Assembly: GCF_011386835.1 (NCBI RefSeq)
Contig: NC_088794.1
Coordinates: 23,250,001 to 23,314,000, forward strand
Direction of reading: 5' to 3'
Source: Chrysemys picta bellii
Lineage: Eukaryota
Length of the DNA: 64,000 nucleotides
In this document: piece after piece, positions 47,904 through 61,009 of the stretch
Layout: each line of letters opens with the position of its first letter
How positions within the stretch are numbered: position 1 is the stretch's first letter
Made by a program: the position numbers and the translations under genes
Notes under the pieces: model-generated
The model's database searches: none
Seen by the model: the letters and a program-made list of their open reading frames with translations, nothing else
Told to the model about the DNA's origin: nothing

Positions 47904-48350
47904 TAGGGGGAAAAAATAATTAAAGTTTTTTTCAGTTTTTTCCCCATTTTTCAAAATTTCTTTAAAAAAATAAAAGAAAAGAAAAAACATTTACCAGCTC
48001 TATGGTTGGCCAAAAAACAGAATATTTCACTAAAAAATTGTCTCAATTTTTCCAACCACCTCCCCCCCCCCCATTTTGAAATTCAGGTTTTTTGACAAGT
48101 TCTAATCTTTACTCTCATTGCCACCTGCCCCCAGAACCCTAAATCCCCAACCTCTGTTCCCATTGCCATCCATTCAAAGCTCTTCCTCCACGAGTGAAGT
48201 TTTTTAAAAATTAAAAAAAAAAAAAAAAACAGGCAGCAAAGCAAGCTGATCAGAAAATCTACACAGAAACGAAATATCAATGAAAAATGAAAGTAAATCT
48301 TCATTCACGTTTTTGCAAAAACTCCCATTCCTGCTTTCTGACCAGTTCTA
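47904..48350. mobile_element. One or two degraded AT-rich DNA-transposon remnants (ACCAGCTCTA-type end)
   Basis: ACCAG(C/T)TCTA ends at 48002 and 48350. No TSD found. Confidence 0.4.
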
Positions 48351-49784
48351 ATAGCACAGAATGTACTACCTCAAAAGGGAATTTAAATAACCTCATTCAT
48401 TTAGGGATAGCCGTGTTTGGATCAAGAACAGCCGCTCCCCAAATGGTCATGAGACTCCAAACCTGTCCACTTTAATATTCATGACTGAAATAGAAGAGAT
48501 GTAACCGCTCTTTGTCTCTATTTCATGCCTGGTCCATATGCGAGGGTAAGAGCCTACTATAGCTGCTGGCTACTGGAGTGAATTAGTTCAAGTGGGATAG
48601 ATTCATGCTTTTTAGCACTAGAAGTAAGGCGTTCAGACTCTGTTGATGACCCATGCAGTTGATAACAGGGGTGCAAGTGTGCTGAAACCAACCGTTTGGA
48701 AGCAGAATGAATTTTCATTTTCCAGCAGTCAGCTGGCTCTGTTCTCGCCTCACCTCACCAAATCAAGAGGGACACATTAGTATTTTCTGCGAGAGCATTC
48801 CCACCCTGAACTTGCCTAGGTAGCTAAAAATACCCCAGTGCCTCTGTCCCATCACCAGCCTCGTCTCCGCTGCAAGCAGAGAAATGACGCAGTGAGGTTG
48901 GCGTCCGCATCCCCAGCATCTGCACTGAGCATCGCAAAAACACCACCCCCCTCCACACACGCACATCAGCTGTTGCTATATATTTCCACCACCATCCCAG
49001 CTCCTGTAATAGCTCTGACTCTTTAAACTGCACAAGCTGGATTTTATTGGCTCTCAATGTTGTGTTTGAAAGCCAGTTCGGAGACTGGAAACGGGCGCCG
49101 AGAGTTATGACAGCATCAGCTGACAAACACGATGCGGGTGCCTGAGGTTTGCAAAGATGAATGAGCTCGGGCAACTTCTTAATAACATCTATGCAAATGC
49201 AGCCTCGTCTCTGTTAAATCACCCCTCCCTTCCCCAAGGCCTGTCGCTGATATAGAACACGGCCCTGAATACTTGAGAGGGGAAGGAAGGAGACCCTGGC
49301 AGCAAAGGAAGAGGGGAAAATAGACAGAGGTGGGACCCTACCAATGAGAGGAACTAGATAAGGGGTTAAGCCATGAAGGATCAGAGAGGGGAGAGCCCTA
49401 CACGCATAGCCAAGGTTAAAGCCTGATTTGCAGAGATGCTGCAGAGCCTGTTTGACTTCAATGGGGCTTGCTGGTTTTAGTGCTTCTGCAAAATCAGGCT
49501 CTGGTTGGCTGGGCACTGAGATTTCTTCTTTCCCTTTGGGCAAGAAGGGACCAGCCTGGCAGCTTTTGGGGGCAGGGAGAGGAAGAGATGGAAGGAAGCA
49601 TTTTACCCCTTAGTGTGTAAGCGAGTGCTTGGCTCTGGGAGTCAACCGTTCAGGATGCTTCATGCTATCATCATCATCATCGGGGCGTTTATTCACTCCT
49701 TTGGCATCACAGCTGCGTGATGCTTTATGCACAATGCAGACCCCAAGAGTTTACAGGCAGGATCATGTGGGGAAAGGAAACCCC

Positions 49785-50015
49785 TTACTATGGTTCATAG
49801 GCCGTATGGTCTGGGCTAGGAGACCTAGGTTCTGTTCCCATCTCTGCCATTGACCTGCTGCGTGACCAAGCCATTTCCCCTCCACTCTGTTCTGTGTCTT
49901 GTCTATTGAAACTGTAAGCTCTTTGGGGCACGGGCTGTCTCTTACAATGTGTTTGCACAGCACTCAGCACAAAGGGGCCCTGGCCTCGGACAGCGACGGT
50001 AACACAAATCAATAG
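49785..50015 (+). mobile_element. MIR-type SINE
   Basis: ggagacctaggttctgttccc..gtcttgtctattgaaactgtaagctctttggggca..cagcactcagcacaaaggggccc. Confidence 0.65.
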
Positions 50016-50734
50016 CATAGTCACCTCCAGGGTCAGAGAAAATGACTGATGAATCTGCATTGTGGTGGATCCACCTGCCCCAGTTCCTCCCCCACGACAG
50101 CATTCAAGGCTGTGCTCTGTGCAGCAGACTTCCAGTTCCTGCCCTCCACATGCAGCAGGACCACATGAGTTCTGCTTCGCAAGGGCCCTCTGCGCCGGTG
50201 GAGGATTTGCCCCTTAAGTTATTACGACTGGCAGATCCCGGGATGCTGTAGAGAATGGGCAGGCAGTTATGACTGGTGCTTCCCCTCCAGAGCTGGTCAT
50301 TACATTCCCACCTGTTGGCATCACCCTCTCTTTTCAATCCCCTTTGGCTCTGCGAGGTCATGAAGACTAACCAAAGTCCCAGACATGCCTATCGAATGGC
50401 CTGCCTTGAACTGTGGTCGTGGTCACAGCTGGTTGAAGCTGCCTCTGCACTCAAAGCCAAGCAGAAGGAGCAGGACCAGGACTGAACTGCAGCTGGTGGC
50501 AAGCAGTAAATCAATAAATACATCAGGACACATACACAAAGGGCGAGAGCAAAAACAAAAGGAGAATCACAGGCAGGGGGACGGAGGAATGCATCTAAAC
50601 AGCTTTGGTGGCCCCAGTTGGGAGTTGAGGGGGGTGACGGAACGGCTGCATGCCTGACACACATGTTAAGTGCAGCATTCAGCTGGATTGTTAGTGAAGC
50701 TCATGGCTATGAATACACCTGTGTGCTAGTTTTA

Positions 50735-50948
50735 GGCCTGCTCCACACAGGGCATTTGCCTCAAACACAGCCCTTGTTTGTTGCAGCTGCACCAAGAGAC
50801 CTCACCAGTGTTATCTGCTCACCCCGGTTTCACGCAATGGTTAGCTGCAGCTCTGCATAGGGCAGCTGTCACCATATACCCAAACCTTGCACTCGTGCAG
50901 CTACGCTGATGGCTGTAATCGGAGCAAATCCCTAGTCTAGACATGGTC
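50735..50948. mobile_element. Degraded PIF/Harbinger-like MITE
   Basis: TTA on both flanks. Inverted ends ..ACACAGGGCATTTGC and GCAAATCCCTAGTCTAGAC.. Confidence 0.45.
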
Positions 50949-52844
50949 TTAGGGCCCCACCTTGACTCTACAGCTTAGCTGGTTTTTGGGTTCTGTTTTT
51001 AAATACTGGAAACGGGGTATTTGCAAATGTTTATGGGGTGCTGTAGTCAAGGAGTCAGCACAAAGTATGTGCACCATCTGGGTCCTTAAAATAGGGTTTA
51101 AATGGTGCCTCCGCTTTGCACACCGATGCCAAATTTCAGCCAAATCCAAGCGGCCAAATCAGCCAAGTGGCAACCCCTAGGTAGTCGGCATCAAAGAGAA
51201 CAGCACAGAAGTCCATTGTGATTCTTGCCTGCTGATTCTACATCTTTCTTCGAGCGCGACATGTTTTTGTGGGGATTACCGGTCCATGAGTCCATAGCTG
51301 GCCCGGCAAATTTGAACATAGGTGAACCACCGCATTGGACTGGGGCTTAATTCTGGTTAAAACATCGCAAAGCTTTTGTATCCCCCCCTTTGACTAGTCA
51401 ATCTTTGATCAGAGTGAAGTCATTTGCTTTCTGCACCAGTTTGCACCAATGGGGATAAAAGCTTGACAGACACCAGGCTAGCTGGGAGGACTCGTACGGG
51501 GGAGAGGGGGTGTTTTTCATGGGACACACCAAGAGAGGGATGTTTCCAGTAAATGGCGATTTCTTGGCAATAGAACTATGGTCCATATGAGTGGGTAAGA
51601 GTACAATAGAATTATGTACAAGGGAGACAACCTGCTCTGGTGTCACCTGTGCTACTCAAACACTGCAAAGGGGACAGACTCTGGCTGTCAGGTAGCAGAG
51701 AGTTCCCCAGCACAGGGGAACTTCCCGGGGTCAAAACTAGCTCCTGTGGCAGCTGCCCTAGTCCTACCCTGGCACAGGGGTATGACGGGGAGAAAAGGGA
51801 CGCATCGGGGAGTGGGGAAGGCATGTGTCAGAGCACTTCTCCACCTCTGCTGCTCTTCCACTGGAGCAGGGTTCCTTGCAGTCCCCCCAACCAATGGAGC
51901 AGCCCCACGGCTTCTCTAACCCAGACCAAACTCCATTGTGCTAAGCACTGCACATGCACACAGCAAGAGATGTTCTTGGTCTAGATAGACAAGACAGCCA
52001 AAGGGGAAACAGAGGCCCAGGCAGGGGAAATGATAGAGCTGGGAATAGACCCCAGGTCTCCCGAGCACTGTTCCGCTGTCCCAGCCACTAGACCCAACTG
52101 CAAAAATGGAACACGCCACATTGCAATGCACCGTCAAGCAATAACAAAAACCTCTGGGGCAGCACCCAGGGAAATCACACAGCAGAAGGTGGACCTGCTA
52201 CTAGCTAATGCACTGGATTTTAGTGACTAATTTAATCGGAGAGAGGGAGGGAGGGGGGAAATAAATATCACTGCGCTAAACAAAAGCAGATGGGAGTCGG
52301 GAGTAATACAATATTCCAAACTAGATTATGGAATTGCAAGAAGAGAAAGGCTGAGATTTGGCTTTTCATTTGGTCCTGTTGTAACAGCGCCTGCAAAAAC
52401 ATACACTTCCTGCGGTATGCTGGGTTTTTGGACAAGGCAGCCTGCCATCCTGCTGTGAAAATGAATATGCTTTCAGTGTATGATTAGAGTCAAGCACTCC
52501 CGCTCCCCTTGTTTCTGAGAGCTTAGGAGGCCCTTTTAAAGGAACACCTGTTAGCTGGATCTGTTTAATGGCTCGTTTCAGGAATACACAAGGTTTTCCT
52601 GTGTTTAACAGCTTTCCAAGGGGTTGGGGGTGGGTTACTCTGTATGGGGCTTTTGTATCTGGTCTGACAACTGCCAGGTCTTTTGTTGGCAACATGGGAA
52701 GATTCTAGGGTTGTCTTTATTCTGATTGAATTTGCTGTGAAGGTTCATTTCATGCAAACTGAAATGCTACTTGGTAGCACTTTTTATCTGATTTGCTCAA
52801 AGTTTAGGAACAATTAACCAAGTTTCTTAAGTGAGAGGGGCATA

Positions 52845-53300
52845 GAGGAGTCAATGCACCTACCACTGAATCACAGCCACCTCTTGGGTGGAACAGGGCA
52901 GCTGTTTAACGGCATACAGCAACATTACATATCCGTTTGGAACTGGAAGCTAAGAAGACAGTATCCCACTGAGTCTGCACAGAGGATTGAAGCTCAAAGA
53001 ATGTATTAGAATTTGGCTGGGATATCAGAGAATACCCCTCCTCGGACAAAAGGGCCAGGGGATCTTTAACTGTCAACATTCAGGGCTGTGATTTTATGTC
53101 TCACCCAGTGAGAGCACCTAGATCAACCCATGCCCTTACCACCATTCGAGTTCTGTAATGACTCAAGACAATTGCCCAAACCACTTCCTGCAGTTAGCTA
53201 GATATTTCTTGGAGATCTCATCCACATACTGACCTATATCGACTCTGCTTAGCCTGTCTAACAGAACCAGACCACAATGTCATATGGTGGTGAGCAATAC
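52845..53300 (-). mobile_element. AmnSINE1-like 5S-derived Deu-SINE, near full length
   Basis: Minus-strand head gctaagcagagtcg..ggtcagtatgtggatgagatctcc resembles 5S A and C boxes. Body cagccacctcttgggtggaacagggcagctgtttaac. Confidence 0.7.
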
Positions 53301-54619
53301 CAGGCCACATTCAGTGGAATGACACTACAGATGTACATGGCTTGATATCTCCAGCTACAGGAGGCGTCAGACACCCCACCAACTTCTGAAACAGCCGCAG
53401 GAGGAGAGAAATAAAGGCTGTACCTTTCGAGTTCTATTGAAAACCACTGAACGGGAGACCTTTTGGGACGGACTCAGTGGAAAAACAATACCTTCGTTGC
53501 TTTAAAACAAGAGATCGTCTCCGCAAAGCAGCACTTACTCTTTTAAGGGGCATGTTTCAGTGACTCCCAAATGCACTGCTGCAAATGTACAATAAAATCT
53601 AATGCACAGAGAGGGATGAGTTTTGGGGGGGCCATGTTTTAGCAGGTATGAAACCCAGGCCTCTGATTATGCATCCTCTTTTGAATTGAGGTCCAAACCC
53701 CTGCGCCTTTAGCCCTCCCCCTCCTCATCATGTCATGTGCAAACCAACGAGGCAGAGGTGTAAATACACTGATCAGCGCCTGCGGCTTCATTTTGTAAGC
53801 TCATGTTTTACAGACGGCTGCGCAAAGGGGAACCAGACCCCGCCTGGCTGATAATTTAGGCCACAGCTATCAAAGTGCTTGAAGGAAAGATGAAGTTAAT
53901 ATCTTCAGTGTCTGCAGCTTCTATTTCTGCTGCACCATTTGTTAATGTCTCATTAATTGGACACATTTCAACATCTCCTGCCTAATAAAAAGCGTCACAT
54001 TTTGTATCCTTAGGGTGACAGACTCACTCAGCATAGCAGGCTTCTCGCTGTAAGAATGCAGCAGAGTGGAGATACCAGTGCCTATGTACTTACATTGCAT
54101 CCCAACCTCCTTTGTGCTCCAAGTCCCTTTGATCTGCTGCACAGCTCTTCTCATGCTGCTCTTACAGTGCTGTAGGTCCCATGCTGGCTGGCTTACCTTC
54201 TGTTGTTCAGCTCCAAAAATCTCCACCAGAAATGTTCTCTCCTTCCATTAAAAAAAAAAAACAACACACAACACAAAAAAACCCACATTCCTTGATCAGT
54301 AACTGCAGGAAAAACAAAAATCATACATGTTTGTTAACCTTAGCGCTTCAAAGATTCAGCTTTCCTTCACCGCCTTGGGCGCCCAAAGCACTCAAGAAAA
54401 TGCTCCTGTTCCAGATGATGTACCCTTGATGAGATGTGTTAATAATGTGCCACTTCAGATCAGAAATTAAAAAAAAAAAACAGATTGGGGCCCAATTCTC
54501 CTCTGCCTGGTGTCTTGTGGGATTATTTTATACCCCTACAAAGTGCTGACAGAAGGGAATCCTGCCCCACAGTTCCTTCATTCCCGTCAATGTTTGCTTA
54601 AAGTGGCTCAGTTGTACAT

Positions 54620-54930
54620 GACTAAATGTGAGAGTGTGCAGCTCAACATGTGTGAATCTGTGTGCAGGTGCATGAACAAAGGTGTGCACACGAATGTGCG
54701 TGCAAAGCACGGACGTGTGTGTGGCGTGCAATGCACACATGTCAATGGGTCTCTCTGGATATGTGAGAGATTGAGCGCATGCATGGTGAGCAATGTGTGG
54801 GCAACGAATGTGTGTGAGTGCATGCATGACCAGACAGGTCGGAATGTGCTTGTGGGTGCAATGCATGCATGTGAGTGTGTGCCCGGCTGCATGCGTGAGA
54901 CTATACATGCATGAGAGCATGCGTGTCTGT
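54620..54930. repeat. TG/TGCA-rich low-complexity tract
   Basis: Alternating purine-pyrimidine sequence with eight TGCATG hexamers on the plus strand. Confidence 0.75.
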
Positions 54931-57109
54931 GTTGCATTCAGCATTTTTAACTGTCCAAACCACACGGAGTCAAAGGGAAAGGGTGAGAGCAGTGACAACT
55001 GCAGTCAAAAAAAGATCCTTTTAGCAGCAGCACCAACAGGCTAATATGGTCTAAAATGCCATTCCCACCATCACCGCAGAGAACACTACAGCTAGCCGGG
55101 AACTCGTCACAGCCTCGCCCAGCGTAACATACTGTCGCTTGAAAGAGACAATGAGCTGCAACAAGGCCACCTTAGCGAGACAAGGCCTTGGCGGAGTTGG
55201 GCTCCTGACACAAATCACTGCGCTCTCTCCAAGGGAAGGGCTTGGCTCCACAACAGAGAACTATCCTAATGCCCAACCCCTCTTCCCAGTATCAACAAGA
55301 GACCTCTACCAGGGTTGGGGATAGAATCATTCCTCCACCCCCAAACCACACCGGCTGATCTCTGAGTGAGTGGTTGCCTACAGGTATGGATCATCTGACT
55401 GTGCCCCTCCCCACACCAACTTTGGCTTTAACACTCACTGACTTGCCAGGGCCTGCCCATGCACATCCCACGTAACCCAACTGGTTCCAGTGCCCCCTGG
55501 ACCTCTGATGGCAAGACAGGATGGCCCAGGAGGGATTGTGGGAAGACACTGGAGAACTGGCGCTGTGTTGCAGTACTAGCCTGCATACACACTACAGAGG
55601 GGTTGGGTTAGTGGGACAACCAGCCTCTCAGCTGCCGCACTGGGGACCGACCCAAGGCCCAGCAGAGCTAAAAGAATGAGTTGCTGCTGCTTGAGCTCAA
55701 GAGCCCAGGCCCCAAAGCTGTACCACTGTCCCCTGCGGATGGGCGCAGAGCGGGACTGTAACGCACACTCACCCGTGGGTTACGTTAGCCACTCATGGAA
55801 GCTTTAGCCTATACCCCCGGCCATGCCAGCCAAGTCACGCCACTAGCCCTACTGCACGTGAGGGAGGGGATTTTGTGTGCGACAAGGGACAACGGAGCAG
55901 GAACAATTGAGCTAAGACACAATTAACGCTGCAAAGAAGACAAGCCCCCAATGATGGGGATGGAAGGGGGGCAGGATTTGAGTCTGAGGGATCATCCTCT
56001 TTGGACAAGCCCCCTGGCCAGCAGGTAGGGCATGGGTGCAGGGTGCCCAGGAAGTGGGGTGGGTGTGGTAGGGAGGGGGACGGACTCATGTACAAACAAT
56101 AGGATTTTAACTGCGGTCTGAAAAGGGAGAGAAAAGAAGGGCTGAGGATGGGATCTTCATACAGCTTGTTACAAGCCATCGCGGCTGCTGCATTGTCAAC
56201 AGGTTGGGAAACGGCTGGGAATTTTCCAGGTGTTCTGACAAACAAGGCAATGCAGCAAGTCAATCCGGGAACATCCCAGAAGTACGACTCAGCTGCTTGG
56301 CATCAGACAGCTAGTGACTTTTGCAATACTTTGTTGCAAGTGATAACAGGAGCTCTCATTATCTCAGTTCTAATATGAAGTCTTGGTGAAAAACCGGACG
56401 CTCCAGGTGGCTGGCAGGGCCCCAGCCTCTTATCAGGTTTTAATTTCCAGGCACAAGTTGATGCCTGATGTGCCATTTCCTGGAGGGGGTGAGGGAGGGT
56501 TTGGGGTGGGGATCCCAGGTGCAGGGCTGGAGGAGACTTTCAAATGGGACACCCAAGGGCCTTGAAATCTCACCTGTCATGCAGAGACAGGGGCCTTATA
56601 TGTTGTTCCCCCAGTAGAGTCAGTAGAATTGCACATTCCTAGACTGTCCCTCCCAGAGTGGAGCCCCTCCTGTCTCCTTACCTCTCACTGACTTCACCCA
56701 GAGTTGAAGCTGCTCCGTATCCTCTCCCGCAGGGCCCTCTGTTCTTCCCCAAGCATCTGCTGAAAGGGGCTGCTGCTGTCTTCCTACAAACCATCTTGGC
56801 TTAAATCCTTTCTTTGCTTGGGGCAGCTCCTGTCCTCCACTACAATGGGGCCAGATTTTCCAAAGAACAAAGTCCCCACAACTGGAGCCAGCTCTCCCAG
56901 AGGATTCAGCACCCAGCAGCTTCCACCGTGACAGGGACGTGCACCCCGGGGCGTGCTGGGCTCTTCTGAAAAAAATCTGGCCACTTATTTAGGGGCTTGA
57001 CTGAGAACTGAGCCCTTACAAAAACCTGGCCACGGCTGGGCCCTTTGGAAAATTCCAGCCAGCATTAGCGTCACATGCTACAAGAGATTGTAATGTCTAC
57101 AAGGTTAGG

Positions 57110-60044
57110 CAGAGCCGTAGCAACAAAGAACATGGCCCCCTCCGAACATATGTCCAGGTGGGGCCCCTTACAATGCAGAAACTGGAATGCGGTATTTATT
57201 TTATACAATATACAGGGTTCATATTATGTATACATAGGCCTACAGTGTACATGTATTCCGTATTTACGCAAAGCGCTTCTTTCGAGCCTTGTTCTCCGCA
57301 AATTGGTTAATCAATGCGTCATAGTCTAGAGATCTGGCAATCTTGTTTTCGATTGAGATAACTGCAAGCGCAGAAAGCCTGTCATCTGTCATGGTTGAGC
57401 GCAGGATATTCTTGATCAGTTTCATTCTGCTGAAGCTCCTTTCAGCACCAGCCACAGTAACTGGTGTGGTCAGAAGAATTCTGATGCAAATGCAAAGATT
57501 CGGATATATCTCCTGAAGGCTGTTCTTGTATATGTATGTTAAAAAATTGTTTGCCGTGACAAGTCCTCTCTCTTTCTCAATGACATAAATAAAATGATTC
57601 AATTCCATTATGAGTTCGTTGGCATCAATGTCTCCCATTTTTCTTTCAAAATTTTTGCTGTGATTCTCCAGTTCATTTTCTCTGTGACACTGCTTCAGGC
57701 TAGTAGCATTGTACAGAAATCCAAACAACTTATACCACTCCACGAGTTGGTCAAATCGCGACGAAACAGAAGATATGGCCTGATCAGTGAGAACAAGAAA
57801 GAACTGCGATTTGAATTTTTCTTCGGCAGAAAGACGACTCGAATCATCAGCACATTCGTAATCAAACATTCTCTTCTTACGTCGCACCCTGGTTTCTGGA
57901 AACACCTGCTCAATACCCATATGCTCTGCTATTTCATGTGCATTTGTGACCACAGAGATATATCCTGTATTTCGATAGTCTTCCAAAAACTTCTTTGTAG
58001 CACCGACTTCTGCCTGCAGTACATCAATTGACACATCTGGTGAATGAATTAATTTGCTCGTTTTATTGACGTGAAATAGTATATCGTACCACGTGTACAC
58101 AGTCAGAACCGGCTTCTGTTGCTGTATTGCCATCTTTCTTTTCGAGCGCATATTCTCGCAAAGATGACAAAGCATTGCACAATTCTTCAAGGTGATAACG
58201 CAATGGCTTCACAGCATCAATTCTCGACTTCCAACGAGTGTCCGATAACCCTTTAACAGATATTGGCATATGTTCTTGAAGTATATCCCAACGTGAAGGT
58301 GAAGAAGAAAAGATAACGTATATTCTGTTAATCTGACCGAAAAAGTCAACGGCATATCTCTGAGATCACAAGATTCCAAGTGTGAGCTCCACATGGTACA
58401 TACAAGGCACGGTCATTTATTTCTAGCATGCAGGCTTGAACTCCTTTATTCTTTCCTCTCATATTTGCGCCGTTATCATAAGCTTGGCCTCTCATGTCAA
58501 CAATGTCTATTCCTAAGTTGCTTGCCTTTTCAAGAAACGCTTCCAATAAGCCCTCGCCAGTTGTATCATGAACATTAAGAAAACCAACAAATGCTTCACG
58601 AATATTGACACCATCTTCACCGTTGCATTCAACAAAGCGTAACACCACAGACATCTGTTCTTCATGTGACACGTCGGGAGTACAGTCCAAAATAACTGAA
58701 TAATATTTTGCTTTTTTAAGCTGCGCTATGTTGGCCTCTTGAATGTTACTGGCAACAAGTTGAATCAGCTCGTTTTGGATCTGTGGACTGAGGTACCGAA
58801 CATGTGTCTCTGCCTTCTTAATCCTCTGTAAAAGTTCGCTGAGGACAGTATCATACTTTGCAAGCAATTCAAACAGTCCCAAAAAGTTGCCATTCGAAGG
58901 ATCGCCGAGCTTTTCATTACTTCCTCGAAATGCCAAGTTTCTTTCGGACAAGAAAATAACGACATCAACCATGCGTTTGACAACATTTCTTTCAGAAAAG
59001 CCTGCAATTCGAGTTGGTCAATAGATGTACGGTTTACTATGCCTGACCGAAGGTCAAACCATTTCACCATACAGTCTTGATGACCTTTGCCTGTTTCATG
59101 CTGCTGAAGTCTTTTTGACAGTGCTTTCCAAGCAGATGTTCCACGACATAGCGGTATGTCGCCAGTACCAAATAATTTACAACAAAAACAAAAAATGGCA
59201 TCTTTCTGAACTGAGTACATTAACCATGAACGTCTTATTTTCTCGCCATTTGCCTGGTTCGATAGAAATCAGTACTTGTGAACCTCTGTCTTTCCTCGTT
59301 AAATGGAAATTCGTAACTTTCATTCTGCTGCGGTGGGCCACATGCAACAATGTCACACACTTGCCTGTCCGATATTATAGACGGCCGATCTCCTGGATCA
59401 TCAGTCAGTGGTTCAGATTCAGATACTTCTTTCCAGGCAGCAGCTGGAATATCTGTCACAGTTTGTTTGGTAGAACAACTGGCTTCACCTTCGACCTCAC
59501 TTGAAGCACTTCTGGATACTTCTGGATACGATTCGTCGCTGCTAGCGCTGTCCGTTTCATGTGCCTGTACCTGTACGTTGGATTGCAGCGCAAAATACGT
59601 TGACAACTTTGGAATTTTTTCAAGTTCCTTCTCGGCATCTTTTGCTGCCTTTCGTTTACTAGCTCCAATCGTATACGTTCTCTTAGACATCACAAAGCAC
59701 GCTTCTGCGTTGGAAACGAATAGTTTCAAACGATAAAAAATTAAACAACTAAATTAATAACATTTATCCGCCGACCGCCATTATGAACACAAATACACAT
59801 TCTTTGAATGGGTCCAACTAAAATTCGAAACTGGCCGACAGACAACTGATGTAGCCAATAGCATTATGATGTATCATAACGACTTCACGGTTTTGTCAGT
59901 AAAACCGACATGGATTGTGCAATAGCGTCAATAAATGTCACTTATCTAGTTATACCTTACATTTTTTTTGCCACTTTTAGGGGCCCCCTTCCTTGCGGGG
60001 CCCCCTCCGGTCGGAGGGTACGGAGGGCGCTCGCTACGCCTCCG
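57110..60044 (-). mobile_element. Near full-length autonomous-type hAT transposon (Tip100/ZMYM1-like transposase group), 2935 bp
   Basis: Imperfect TIRs CAGAGCCGTAGC (57110) and reverse complement CGGAGGCGTAGC (60044). TSD AGGTTAGG / GGATTAGG (6/8). Subterminal GGGGCCCC motifs at both ends. Contains a transposase pseudogene. Confidence 0.9.
57264..59690 (-). pseudogene. hAT transposase, frameshifted
   Basis: Successive frames give a TTF-type zinc finger (FCFCCKLF..QHETGKGH), DUF4371-like ILDCTPDVSH..YDNGANM..CGAH, SDTRW, and a C-terminal dimerisation region VTVAGAERSFSRMKLIKNILRSTM. Frameshifts near 59250, 58990, 58358 and 58108. Confidence 0.92.
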
Positions 60045-61009
60045 GGATTAGGAGCCCCTGCCCAGCAGCACCCCTTTAAATACCATGCACCCCCAACCCA
60101 ATCCTAGGGAGCCCTCATGAGGAAATGAAAACACAGCAGCTCCTTACCCACTGGAGAAGAGAAAGGGGCAGCCTGCTGCAAAACAGCCCTGTTAGGGCTA
60201 CAGCTGCTTGGCTCTGCCAAATTTAAAGGGCCAGCCTGAGATAGGCATGCTGGAAAAAAGTTTCTATAAAAATTCAACTCTACAGTGGGAAGAGTCAGCC
60301 AAAAAAAAAAAAAAAAAAAAAAAAAAAGGCTGCTTTTGTGATCTGTCTGTCACCATAGTTATGATGCTCTGCAGTAGCATCTAGGAACCCCAATCATGGA
60401 CCAGGCCCCCAATACCTGACTCCAGCTCTGGTGGGAGGGTTGTGCCTAGTGCCCAGCCATGCCATAGGTGCTGTACAAAGACAGAACAAAAAGATGGTCC
60501 CTGCCCCAGCTAATGCATTATTTCATTACCCTAAGCTGGTGCTCTGAAGGTGAGGGATCGCTAGCACTGGCTCGTGGCCGGCCCAGTGCAGCATCCCTCA
60601 CACAGCTCTGCTCGCCTTGGCATTACAGCACCCCCAGCTACCCCGTCCTGAGTTCCTGGACAGCTTTGCCAATGTCCCTCAGCCCTGCCCTGCAGCTTCC
60701 CGTGGTATTCCACTCCTGGGCTCCCCATGCACAGCTGCACTACTGCCCCTCAGGCCTGATTCTGCTCATCTGCCCTGGAGCCTCCCAAGCAGCCACTGGC
60801 AAATCTCATGGGGGTTTGTGTGATGTGCATATGGAGGGACCAGGCAAGCTCCTTTTCACTTGAGCCCTACACAAGGGTTTGAACCCCAGAGCTTGGGAGG
60901 TAAAGGTTAATTCATGGCTCTTGCACCTTGGGAGTCAGTTGCAAAACTCCCACTGACTTCAGTTATGCAGGACCATGTTCTAACTCTGTGTCATTATTTG
61001 CATTACATT

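Noticed and set aside
53200-53300. 5S rRNA gene
   Set aside because: Only a degraded 5S-like segment fused to a SINE body, so it is the AmnSINE1 head. The same applies near 32380-32420.
54197-54241. Possible 45-nt minus-strand exon ending at a strong AAG/GTAAGC donor (ERTFLVEIFGAEQQK)
   Set aside because: The acceptor is weak (purines between the T tract and AG), the peptide is unrecognised, and such donor matches occur by chance.
56055-56080. G-quadruplex-compatible G-tract cluster
   Set aside because: Common in GC-rich vertebrate DNA, with no supporting context.
57594-58031. Plus-strand ORFs antisense to the hAT transposase (also 59025-59504 and 59350-59736)
   Set aside because: Shadow frames of the transposase coding strand.
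60301-60327. 27-nt poly-A as a retrocopy tail
   Set aside because: No upstream SINE, LINE or mRNA body and no TSD found.
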